Positions 48,698 to 57,356 of a stretch of 64,000 nucleotides of DNA are shown here, in pieces; the first letter of the stretch is position 1, and each line of letters opens with the position of its first letter. The stretch is from contig JBOEGF010000010.1 in NCBI GenBank assembly GCA_050633305.1, forward strand, positions 32,001 to 96,000. The letters run 5' to 3'. The notes below the pieces were generated by a model. That model saw nothing but the letters and a program-made list of their open reading frames with translations. It had not been told where the DNA came from and made no database searches. This DNA is from Nannocystales bacterium. GTDB lineage: Bacteria > Myxococcota_A > Polyangia > Nannocystales > Nannocystaceae. A program made the position numbers and the translations under genes.

Positions 48698-49579
48698 ATG
48701 CTCAAGATCCGCGACCTGCACAAGACGTACTCCGGGGGCGTCAGGGCCCTGCAGGGCATCGAGCTGGACATCGAGCCCGGCATGTTCGGGCTTCTGGGCC
48801 CCAACGGCGCGGGCAAGTCGACGCTGATGCGGACGATCGCGACGTTGCAGGAGCCCGATCGAGGCTCCATCCATCTGGGCGATATCGACGTGCTCGCCAA
48901 CAAGGACGCCGTCCGCCGCGTGCTGGGCTACCTGCCACAGGACTTCGGCGTGTACCCCAGCGTGGACGCGGTCACGCTGCTCACCCACTTCGCGATGCTC
49001 AAGGGCATCACCGCCCCAAAAGACCGCAAGGCCGTGGTGGAAGCGTTGCTCAACCGGGTCAACCTCTGGCAACACCGCAAGAAGAAGCTGGGTGGATACT
49101 CCGGCGGGATGCGGCAGCGGTTTGGCATCGCACAGGCGCTGCTCGGTGACCCCCGGTTGATCATCGTCGACGAGCCGACCGCCGGCCTCGACCCGGAGGA
49201 GCGTACCCGTTTCCTGAACCTGCTCTCGGAGATCGGCGAGCAGGTCGTCGTCCTCCTGAGCACCCACATCGTCGAGGACGTCGCCGATCTGTGCAGCAAC
49301 ATGGCGATCATCGCGGGGGGCAAGGTGCTGCAGACCGGAGCACCCCACGGGGCCATCGATGCCCTGGCGGGCAAGACGTGGCGCAAGGTCATCGACAAGT
49401 CCGAACTCGAAGAACACCAGCGCGACCACACGGTGATCTCGACCCGGCTCGTGGGCGGCCGAACGGTGATTCACGTGTTTGCCGAGGTCGACCCGGGCGA
49501 AGGCTTCGACCCCGTCTCCCCCGACCTCGAAGACGTCTACTTCACCACGCTGCACGACGCGCGTTCCGAGGCGGCCTAA
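48698..49579 (+). CDS. ABC transporter ATP-binding protein (ABC-2 type)
   Basis: GPNGAGKST, YSGGMRQR, IVDEPTAGLD, STH. Confidence 0.95.
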   Translation: MLKIRDLHKTYSGGVRALQGIELDIEPGMFGLLGPNGAGKSTLMRTIATLQEPDRGSIHLGDIDVLANKDAVRRVLGYLPQDFGVYPSVDAVTLLTHFAMLKGITAPKDRKAVVEALLNRVNLWQHRKKKLGGYSGGMRQRFGIAQALLGDPRLIIVDEPTAGLDPEERTRFLNLLSEIGEQVVVLLSTHIVEDVADLCSNMAIIAGGKVLQTGAPHGAIDALAGKTWRKVIDKSELEEHQRDHTVISTRLVGGRTVIHVFAEVDPGEGFDPVSPDLEDVYFTTLHDARSEAA

Positions 49580-49580
49580 C

Positions 49581-52500
49581 ATGACCGGTCTCTCTGCGAT
49601 TCTCGAGTTCACGCGGTTTGAGCTGAAACTCCGGTTCCGGCAACCCGCGGTCTATTTGTTCTCCCTGTTGTTCGCGGCGCTGTCGTTTGGCGCGATGACG
49701 ACGGACGCGGTCCAGATCGGCGGGGGCGGCGGTCAGACGATGATCAACGCCCCATTTGTGGTCGCCCAGATGTTGGCGATCATGAGCGTGTTCGGCATCC
49801 TCCTCGTCACTGCATTCGCAGCCGGAGCCGTGGTTCGCGACTTCGACGACGGCTCGTACGAACTCTTCTACACGAAGCCGATCCACCGCCGGGACTACCT
49901 CTTGGGTCGATTCATGGGTGGCTTGCTGACGGCGATGTTCGTCATGTCGGCATGCTCGTTCGGGATGATGGTGGGCTCGGTCATGCCTTGGCTGGACGCG
50001 GAGCGGCTTGGCGCATTCTCGGCCGCCACGTTCATTCAGCCGCTGGTCGTGTTCGTGTTCCCGACCTTGTTCGTCCTTGGGGCGATCTTCTTCGCGGTGG
50101 CCACGTTCACGAGGCGGATGTTGTGGGCCTATGTCTCGGTCGCCGGGCTCATGGTGCTCTTCGCCGTGTCGGAGGCATTCGTGGGTGACCTCGACAACGA
50201 CACGATCGCCGCGCTAGTCGACCCGTTCGGCATGTCGGCGTTCACGCTCGAAACTCGTTATTGGACCCCGGATGAGCGGAACACATCGCTTGTGCCCTTT
50301 GCCGGGACGATCTTGCTGAACCGCATCGTGTGGTCGACGCTGGGCGCCGTTGTGTTGGCGTTCACCGTGTATCGCTTCCGTCTCGTCGCCCCAAGAGTTG
50401 GCTCGAAGCGCAAGAAAGGGGAGGTGACCCCGTCGCGTACGGATATCGCCATTCCGAAGGTCTCTGTCGACTATGCGTTGGGGAGCCAGCTTCGGCAGTG
50501 GGCGTTCTCCACTCGAATCGAGCTTCGCGGGGTGCTCACCAGCACCGCGTTCCTGGTTCTATGTGTCTTCGCCGTGCTGAACGTTTTCGGTGGTGCGTAC
50601 GGGACGACCAACCAGATGTACGGCACGCCGGTGCTGCCGGTCACCAACCTCATGGTCCGGGTGATCGACGGCGCCATGGGGCTGTTCTTGCTCATCATCA
50701 TCACCTTCTACGCAGGCGAGCTGATCTGGCGGGAGCGAAAGAGCGGGATGTCCCGAGTGATCGACGCGATGCCCTCGGCCAACTGGGTGTTCCTGTTGTC
50801 CAAGCTCTCAGCCCTGCTCGCGGCGGTGGCCGTGGTCTGCGCTGTCTCCGTGCTGACGGCGATTCTGGTTCAGGTGTTCGGTGGGTTCACCGACATCGAA
50901 CTCAGTCTCTACATCAAAGGGGTGTTCGGCGTGCAGTGGTCCCAATGGGCTTTGCTCGCGATCCTGGCGTTCTTCTTCCAGGTCATCACGAACCATCGAT
51001 TTGCCGGGTACGGGTTGGTCGCGCTGCACTTCATCCTGCAGATCGCTCTGCCGATGCTGGACTTCGAGCATCGCTTGTATCGCTTCGGAAGCACGCCTGA
51101 CGGCACGTACTCGGACATGAACGGGTTCGGCCACTGGGTCGACCCGATGCTCTGGTTCCGGGGCTATTGGGGCTTCGCAGCTCTCGGCCTGGTCCTGTTG
51201 GCCAACCTGATGTGGGTTCGTGGGTCCGATCCCCGTTTCAAGCTGCGGCTCCGCGAGGTTCGGCATCGCCTCTCGCCGGTCTACCTCGGACTGTTCGCGT
51301 TCGCGGCGGCTGGGTTCATCGCCAGCGGGACGTACGTCTACTACAACACCAACGTCCTCAACACGTACAAGCCCTCCAAGTGGTCCGAGGACCACATCGT
51401 GGAGTACGAGAAGAAGTACAAGCAGTACGAAGATCTCGCCCAACCGCGGATCACGGGGACCAAGCTGGATGCCGCGATCTACCCGCAGGAGCGACGTGTC
51501 GAGCTCAAGGGCACGCTCACGCTCGAGAACCGAAGTGACGAGTCGATCGAGACGTTGCATGTCTTGCTCGACTCGGACACGCAGTGGCCGCTGATCAGCC
51601 TCGACGACTTCCACACGCTGGAGACCAACGACGTCGAGATCGGTTACCGCATCTACCGTCTCACCTCTCCGTTGGAGCCTGGCGGCTCCATGGAGGTGCA
51701 GTTCGAGTCTCGCTATGAGGAGCCCGGGTTCAAGAACAGTGGGACCAACACGGACATCGTGGAGAACGGCACGTTCTTCCACAACGACCGGTACATGCCG
51801 CACTTCGGCTACAACCCGGACCTCGAGATGTCGGATGCGGACGAGCGCCGCAAGCGAGGCCTACCCGAGAAGGCGCGCATGCTTCCGGTCGACGACATGG
51901 GAGGCCGCGCCAACACCTACGTTTCGCGCGAAGCAGATTGGATCGACTTCGAGGCCACGGTCAGCACGAGTCTCGATCAGATCGCACTGGCGCCGGGCTA
52001 CCTGACCAAGGAGTGGACACAGGGCGACCGTCGCTTCTTCCACTACGAGATGGATGCGCCGATCCTCAACCTCTACGGATTCCTCTCGGCTCGTTACACC
52101 GTCGCTCGCGACCAGTGGAATGACGTCGCCATCGAGGTCTATCACCACGCGCCGCACGACTACAACGTGCAGCGGATGATTGAGGCCGTGAAGAAGTCGC
52201 TCGACTACTACACGGCCAACTTCTCGCCCTACCAGCATCGGCAGGTCCGCATCGTCGAGTTCCCTCGCTACGCCAGCTACGCGCAGTCGCTTCCCAACAC
52301 GATCCCGTACAGCGAGTCGATTGGCTTCATCGCGGACCTTCGCGACGAGGACAGCATCGACTACGTCTTCTACGTGACCGCCCACGAGATCGCGCACCAG
52401 TGGTGGGCACACCAGGTCATCGGCGGCAACGTGCAGGGCAGCACCGTGATGTCCGAGACGCTTTCGCAGTACTCGGCACTGATGGTCATGGAGAAGGAGT

Positions 52501-53141
52501 ACGGCCGGGCCAAGATGGCGAAGTTCTTGCGGCACGAACTCGACCGTTACCTGCAGGGGCGGGCCACCGAGCGCAAGAAAGAGCTGCCGCTGATGTTGGT
52601 CGAGAACCAGCCTTACATCCACTACAACAAGGGCAGCTTGGTCATGTACACGCTGCGCGAGTACATCGGCGAGGAGGCGCTCAACCGGGCGCTCGCCGGG
52701 TACATCAAGAAGGTCGGTTTCCAGCGAGCGCCGTTTACCAACAGCATCGAGTTCGTCGAGGCCATCCGGGCCGAGACGCCGAAGAAGTACGCGTACCTCA
52801 TCGAGGACCTGTTCGAGACCATCACGCTCTACGACAACCGTATGGAGTCCGCGACCGCCACTGAAGATGGTGCGACGTGGACGGTCGAACTCGAGGTGAT
52901 GAGCAAGAAGTTTCGGGCGTCGGAGAGTGGTCAGGAGACCGAGACGGAGCTGAACGACTGGATCGAAATCGGGCTCATGGACGAGGATGGCGAGTTCCTG
53001 TATCGCGAGAAACACCAGCTCAGCGAGGAGAAGACGACGCTGAGCATCTCGGTGGACGAGAAGCCTGCCAAAGCCGGCATCGATCCCATCGTGATGCTGG
53101 TCGACCGCAACCCGGACGACAACATCAAGAGGGTGAAGTAG
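49581..53141 (+). CDS. ABC-2 permease fused to an M1-family aminopeptidase domain
   Basis: About 600 aa with many TM helices (two permease halves), then a soluble domain with HEIAHQWW...SETLSQY and HYNKG. Confidence 0.9.
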   Translation: MTGLSAILEFTRFELKLRFRQPAVYLFSLLFAALSFGAMTTDAVQIGGGGGQTMINAPFVVAQMLAIMSVFGILLVTAFAAGAVVRDFDDGSYELFYTKPIHRRDYLLGRFMGGLLTAMFVMSACSFGMMVGSVMPWLDAERLGAFSAATFIQPLVVFVFPTLFVLGAIFFAVATFTRRMLWAYVSVAGLMVLFAVSEAFVGDLDNDTIAALVDPFGMSAFTLETRYWTPDERNTSLVPFAGTILLNRIVWSTLGAVVLAFTVYRFRLVAPRVGSKRKKGEVTPSRTDIAIPKVSVDYALGSQLRQWAFSTRIELRGVLTSTAFLVLCVFAVLNVFGGAYGTTNQMYGTPVLPVTNLMVRVIDGAMGLFLLIIITFYAGELIWRERKSGMSRVIDAMPSANWVFLLSKLSALLAAVAVVCAVSVLTAILVQVFGGFTDIELSLYIKGVFGVQWSQWALLAILAFFFQVITNHRFAGYGLVALHFILQIALPMLDFEHRLYRFGSTPDGTYSDMNGFGHWVDPMLWFRGYWGFAALGLVLLANLMWVRGSDPRFKLRLREVRHRLSPVYLGLFAFAAAGFIASGTYVYYNTNVLNTYKPSKWSEDHIVEYEKKYKQYEDLAQPRITGTKLDAAIYPQERRVELKGTLTLENRSDESIETLHVLLDSDTQWPLISLDDFHTLETNDVEIGYRIYRLTSPLEPGGSMEVQFESRYEEPGFKNSGTNTDIVENGTFFHNDRYMPHFGYNPDLEMSDADERRKRGLPEKARMLPVDDMGGRANTYVSREADWIDFEATVSTSLDQIALAPGYLTKEWTQGDRRFFHYEMDAPILNLYGFLSARYTVARDQWNDVAIEVYHHAPHDYNVQRMIEAVKKSLDYYTANFSPYQHRQVRIVEFPRYASYAQSLPNTIPYSESIGFIADLRDEDSIDYVFYVTAHEIAHQWWAHQVIGGNVQGSTVMSETLSQYSALMVMEKEYGRAKMAKFLRHELDRYLQGRATERKKELPLMLVENQPYIHYNKGSLVMYTLREYIGEEALNRALAGYIKKVGFQRAPFTNSIEFVEAIRAETPKKYAYLIEDLFETITLYDNRMESATATEDGATWTVELEVMSKKFRASESGQETETELNDWIEIGLMDEDGEFLYREKHQLSEEKTTLSISVDEKPAKAGIDPIVMLVDRNPDDNIKRVK

Positions 53142-53152
53142 CGCTCGGAGTA

Positions 53153-53178
53153 CCGGCCACCGTCTCAGCGGTGGTCGG
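53153..53178. terminator. Hairpin between convergent genes, possible bidirectional terminator
   Basis: CCGGCCACCG/CGGTGGTCGG 10-bp stem with one G-U pair; no U tract. Confidence 0.35.
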
Positions 53179-53216
53179 TCTCGCCGACCCGTCCGGCCCA
53201 AACGACGGGGCGGGGG

Positions 53217-54605
53217 TCAGCTGAATAGATTCTCGAGGGCGCCGCCCTTGGAGAACTCGGTCGAGCCAAACGTCTCGACATCGTGCCCCAGGCCCTGTGC
53301 GGCGGAGACGAGCAGACGGTTGTGGTAGGTGCCGGACGGATAGGACACCACGCGCCCAGTCTCCAACGCTCCCCCGGCCTGGCCCGCCAATAGAAAAGGA
53401 GTGTCTTCGACGGTGTGCGCCCAGCCGTTGGAGTTGTCGGTGCTCCACATCATCAGGCTGTGGTACAGCAGCGAGCGTCCGTCGGGAGTGGGGATGGCTT
53501 CGAGGCGCTCCACCAAGGACGCCACCTGGCTTGCGGTCCAACCCAACAGCTGGCTGTACTCGGCCTGTCGTTCGGCGTCGTCGAAACCGTAGTGTGAGTA
53601 CGCGTGATAGTGCTCGGTGAGCCCGAGGAAGGTGGGGGCGAATGCGAGGGTTCCGCGTCCGAAACAGAACGATGCGGAACGGCTCAGGTCGCAGGCCAAG
53701 GCCGCGACGAGCAGTTGCATCATGGCGTCGGTCAGCTCTGGGATCAGCGAGTTGTCTTCGGGGTCGAGCGTGAACGAACCTGGGTCGACGCAGCTCGGGT
53801 CGGTTGAAATTGTGGCGTCGATGCGGAGCTCGGCAGAACGAATTGCATCGAGGTGGGCATCGAACCGGGGCCGGTCGTGTGTCGGGATGGCGGGCAGGAT
53901 GGCGTCGAGTTCACCACCGAGGTGGTCCAAGACGCTCCCTCGCATGATCCTGCGGCGGGCCAGCTCCGCCATGGCTTCGGCGTCGTCTCCGAGGAACGGG
54001 GCGAAGTAGCGGGCGTATGCAGCACTCGGGTCATACTCCGTGGGGATCGCTTGAAGTGGTCCGCTGAACGAGAGCGTTCCGCCTCGCACCGCCGGGCTGA
54101 TCCCCAGCGGAACGACACTGAACGGTGTGGGGGCCGTCGTCGCATGAAGGTAGTCCAGGGACATGCCTCCCGATGCGTTGTAGTTCTGCAGTGGGTCTGC
54201 CCCGGTGAGCATCGTGGTGAGGCCCATCATGTGGTTGTTCCCGCCCCGGTTGGCGTGGTTGTCGAGTCCCTCGACGAACACCAAGTGCTCGGCGAGTGGG
54301 CGCAGCGCTTCGGTTGCGTCGGGCCAGGGGCCAGCAATCTCCGACAGGTCGTAGGATTGGTCTCGGACCCGGCCGGGAAAGAAGAAGCCGTTCGACTGGT
54401 CGGGGTTGGCCTCGTAGTACCAGTGGCCCCTCGGCACGACTCGCCACCCAGCGGGGTGGTACACGCCGATGAAACGTGAGGGGATCGATTCGTCGCCTCC
54501 CGCGTGGCTTTGCCGGATTCCCAGGCGGAACACGGGGGCCCCCGCAATCGCGGAAAACCCGAGGAGCTTGAGAAGCCGTCGGCGGCTGGGGTTGAGGTTG
54601 CTCAT
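53217..54605 (-). CDS. DUF1552 domain protein, Tat-exported
   Basis: SRRRLLK Tat motif, SLD.., RGSVLD, DRPRFDAHLDAIR..E, AALACDLSR, HAYSH, PFLLAG..GG. Confidence 0.88.
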   Translation of the reverse strand: MSNLNPSRRRLLKLLGFSAIAGAPVFRLGIRQSHAGGDESIPSRFIGVYHPAGWRVVPRGHWYYEANPDQSNGFFFPGRVRDQSYDLSEIAGPWPDATEALRPLAEHLVFVEGLDNHANRGGNNHMMGLTTMLTGADPLQNYNASGGMSLDYLHATTAPTPFSVVPLGISPAVRGGTLSFSGPLQAIPTEYDPSAAYARYFAPFLGDDAEAMAELARRRIMRGSVLDHLGGELDAILPAIPTHDRPRFDAHLDAIRSAELRIDATISTDPSCVDPGSFTLDPEDNSLIPELTDAMMQLLVAALACDLSRSASFCFGRGTLAFAPTFLGLTEHYHAYSHYGFDDAERQAEYSQLLGWTASQVASLVERLEAIPTPDGRSLLYHSLMMWSTDNSNGWAHTVEDTPFLLAGQAGGALETGRVVSYPSGTYHNRLLVSAAQGLGHDVETFGSTEFSKGGALENLFS

Positions 54606-56290
54606 CGTTCGATCGGGGGTTGAAGAATCGCGTCGGACGTGGCGACAGCGAGGACCAACGCGTCCAGCTGCAGGTCGGCGTCGGCGAACGCGTTGGACAC
54701 ATCCTCGAGCAGGGCGTCATCGAGCTCGTCGGTCTCTCTGAGAAGGGCGAACCGCAGCGTCTGTTGGGCGACGCAGCGTTGGACCGCCTCAGTTTGCGAC
54801 AAGGCGAGTCCAAGCTCGAACACGCCTTCCACTTCGACGTCGTTGCCCGCCCCTGCAAGCGAACCCGATACATCCACCGGAGCGCCGTTCTCCAGTTCAC
54901 GTGCCCGACCGACCCAGTCGTAGCCCTCGAAAGGGAGGCCCAGCGGGTCGATGAGGTTGTGGCAGCTGGCGCAGGCGGGGTCCTCACGGTGAATCGCAAG
55001 GCGCTCCCGCATGGTCGAATCTTCGTCGACGGTGTCGGGGATCGCTGAGATGTCCATCGGCGGGGCGCCGAGGTCGGTACACAACAGCCGCTCTCGGACT
55101 GCGACACCACGCTCGACAGGGTGTGTCGACCTGTTCGCCGCGTGGGTCCAGGTGAACACCGGGTGCGAGAGCAGACCGGGGTACTCGCCGAGATAGTTGG
55201 CCTCCATCGCCTCGTCGGAGAAGGAAAGTGGGTCGGTCAGCAGAGACTCCAGGGTCCCGCCGTCGCCGTACAGCCGGAACGTCGTATCGACGAAGTCGGT
55301 GAGCATGACGGACCTCGACAAGCCGATGTCCGATTCGTATTCGAACCCCTTGAAGAAGAACTCGAAGCGAGTGAGGTCGAGGAGTTCGATGTAGAAGAGC
55401 CCGAGGTTGGCTTTCGCGCGGTCATCCGAGAGGAGTCTCGTGGCCTGGGCCCGCAGGACGTCGGGTTCGAGAATCGAGGCGTCGGCGGCCCGCTCGATGA
55501 GTTCAGCGTCGGGTCCGGCGCCCCACAAGAAGAACGAAAGCCGCTCTGCCACCGCCCAGGGCCGCTGTTCGCCGGACTCGGGGAGGATGTATAAGGTCCT
55601 CGGCGAGAGCATCATCGCCATCAGGACTGCGGCGTAGGCCGCCTCCTCATCCGACTGGGGGAGGACGTCGTCGTAGACCGCGAGCAGTTGTTGCACCTGC
55701 TCGTTCGAAACGGGCCGACGGAAGAGCCGAGTCCCGAGGAGTTCCACGGCCGCTTCGAGACAAGCTCGCTCTGAGAGTTCTTCGCAGTCGACCAGGCCAT
55801 CCGGGGAGGTTGTCCCCTGGAACGCCATTCGGTTCGCGAATCGCTCGATCGCTTCGAGTTGCGACTCCAACACGCCGGCCCCAACGACCAAGCCCGCAAC
55901 CTCGTTGCTGAAAACCTGCAGCGGTTCGTCGGGTTGCAGCGGCAGGAAGTACGAGTTGAAGTCGTCGTCGAGTTCGAATGCGGCGTAAAACGTGCGGCTG
56001 AGCTCGCGATTGGTCAGTCGGCGCGTCGGGTAAAGCGGGAACGCGTCCATCTCGTCGCCGCCTGTCGAATCGTCCTCGCCAGTGGCGTCGCTCGTCGAGC
56101 CCTCGGCGCTTTCGCCCGGTCCGCTGTTCGTGGGATTGTTCGAGGCCGCGCCGGATGCGTCTGTTCCGGACTCAGTGCCAGCGGCATCGCCAGCTGGAGG
56201 CCCGGTGTAGCAGGCGGCGAGAAGACCCAGCGCGAGGCCAGCGGGGCGCCAACAGTGCGCCGAACGGAAGAGTGAGGGAGGCGTGACCAC
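54602..56290 (-). CDS. DUF1592/DUF1588/DUF1595/DUF1585 domain lipoprotein with a CxxCH motif
   Basis: RRLTNRE, RLFRRP, ERLSFFLW..PD.EL, PVERG..VRERLLC, CASCH..IDPLG..FE.YD..GR; ATGA-coupled to DUF1552; start estimated. Confidence 0.88.
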   Translation of the reverse strand: MVTPPSLFRSAHCWRPAGLALGLLAACYTGPPAGDAAGTESGTDASGAASNNPTNSGPGESAEGSTSDATGEDDSTGGDEMDAFPLYPTRRLTNRELSRTFYAAFELDDDFNSYFLPLQPDEPLQVFSNEVAGLVVGAGVLESQLEAIERFANRMAFQGTTSPDGLVDCEELSERACLEAAVELLGTRLFRRPVSNEQVQQLLAVYDDVLPQSDEEAAYAAVLMAMMLSPRTLYILPESGEQRPWAVAERLSFFLWGAGPDAELIERAADASILEPDVLRAQATRLLSDDRAKANLGLFYIELLDLTRFEFFFKGFEYESDIGLSRSVMLTDFVDTTFRLYGDGGTLESLLTDPLSFSDEAMEANYLGEYPGLLSHPVFTWTHAANRSTHPVERGVAVRERLLCTDLGAPPMDISAIPDTVDEDSTMRERLAIHREDPACASCHNLIDPLGLPFEGYDWVGRARELENGAPVDVSGSLAGAGNDVEVEGVFELGLALSQTEAVQRCVAQQTLRFALLRETDELDDALLEDVSNAFADADLQLDALVLAVATSDAILQPPIER

Positions 56291-56349
56291 AAGGGGTTGC
56301 TTTCGGGTCCGCGGCGGCACCACGAGACGGGTGCAATGGCACCAGAAGT

Positions 56350-56385
56350 AGAAGAGGAACTTCTGGCATTGAGGTTCATTTTTCA
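56350..56385 (-). promoter_or_regulatory. Putative ECF-type promoter for the DUF1592/DUF1552 operon
   Basis: Minus strand AAAAA-TGAACC-N16-CTCTT, preceded by an A-rich tract, just downstream of an ECF gene. Confidence 0.45.
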
Positions 56386-56457
56386 GTGACTTGGTGTTCT
56401 TTTTGTCGGCCTCCATACGAAGTCAGGTCTGAACGCCCTCAGCGACTCCGGGGCTGA

Positions 56458-57099
56458 TCACGGCAAGTCATCGTGCGAAGGCCCTACACGACTGATCTTT
56501 CGGATCCAGGCGTCGAACCCGGTGGGTTCGTCACCGACCACGATCGGCTCTGCGGCGGAGCGCTCGAGCGCCTGCCGTAGCAACGCACGGCTGCTAAAGA
56601 GCCGGCTCTTCACCGTTCCCTCGGGCACGCCCAGCCGCGCCGCCATCTGCAAGATGGGGACTTCCTGCCAGTAGTAGAGGTCGAGGAGGTTGCGGTGCTC
56701 CTCCGGCAGGGTGCGCAGCGCGTCCATCAGTTGCTGAAACTGTTGCTGCTTTGCGAGGGCCTGTGAGGGGGACGCGTGAGGCGCGGGGGAGCTTGAAGGC
56801 GCGATGCCACGGGCCGAATACCTGCGCAGCTCAGAGAGAAGGTGTCTGGCGATCGTCAGGACATAGGCGCGAAAACGGTCACCTGATCGAATACGGTCAC
56901 GGGTCGCAACGACCCGGCTGAGTGTCTCCTGGACGAAGTCGTCCGGATCGTTGGGCGTGCGGCGTGAGAACCGCCGCAAAGCCGGGAGTTGGCGGGAGAG
57001 CAGCGCGTCCCCGGCATCTTGATCTCCGGCCCTCCATTCACGAAGCAGGTCTTCGTCCGTTTGGCCGGCCCGGGCCCCTGCTCTCTTCTCATCGACCAC
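56458..57099 (-). CDS. ECF sigma-70 factor
   Basis: LLREWRAGD, DDFVQETL, FRAYVLTIAR, LGVPEGTVKSRL. Confidence 0.9.
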   Translation of the reverse strand: MVDEKRAGARAGQTDEDLLREWRAGDQDAGDALLSRQLPALRRFSRRTPNDPDDFVQETLSRVVATRDRIRSGDRFRAYVLTIARHLLSELRRYSARGIAPSSSPAPHASPSQALAKQQQFQQLMDALRTLPEEHRNLLDLYYWQEVPILQMAARLGVPEGTVKSRLFSSRALLRQALERSAAEPIVVGDEPTGFDAWIRKISRVGPSHDDLP

Positions 57100-57356
57100 C
57101 CCGACTTGCCTGTAGTCGATGTGGCACAGGGGGTCAAACCGTAGGCTGCCGGGTTTTTCGTGTCGTGGCCCGGGGCTGTCCCGTCCCCGGGTTGGGGGGA
57201 ACAGGCCCCTTCAGACGTGGCGAGGCTCGTCATGGACCATGTCCCTAGTGGTCATGTGTCGACCCGCAGGGCGATCGTGGCCGGCCCCGACCTCCCGGAC
57301 CCAACACTTCCGGGAGACCGAGACGATGGGGTGGGAAACCCCGCGCGCTTGTGTCG

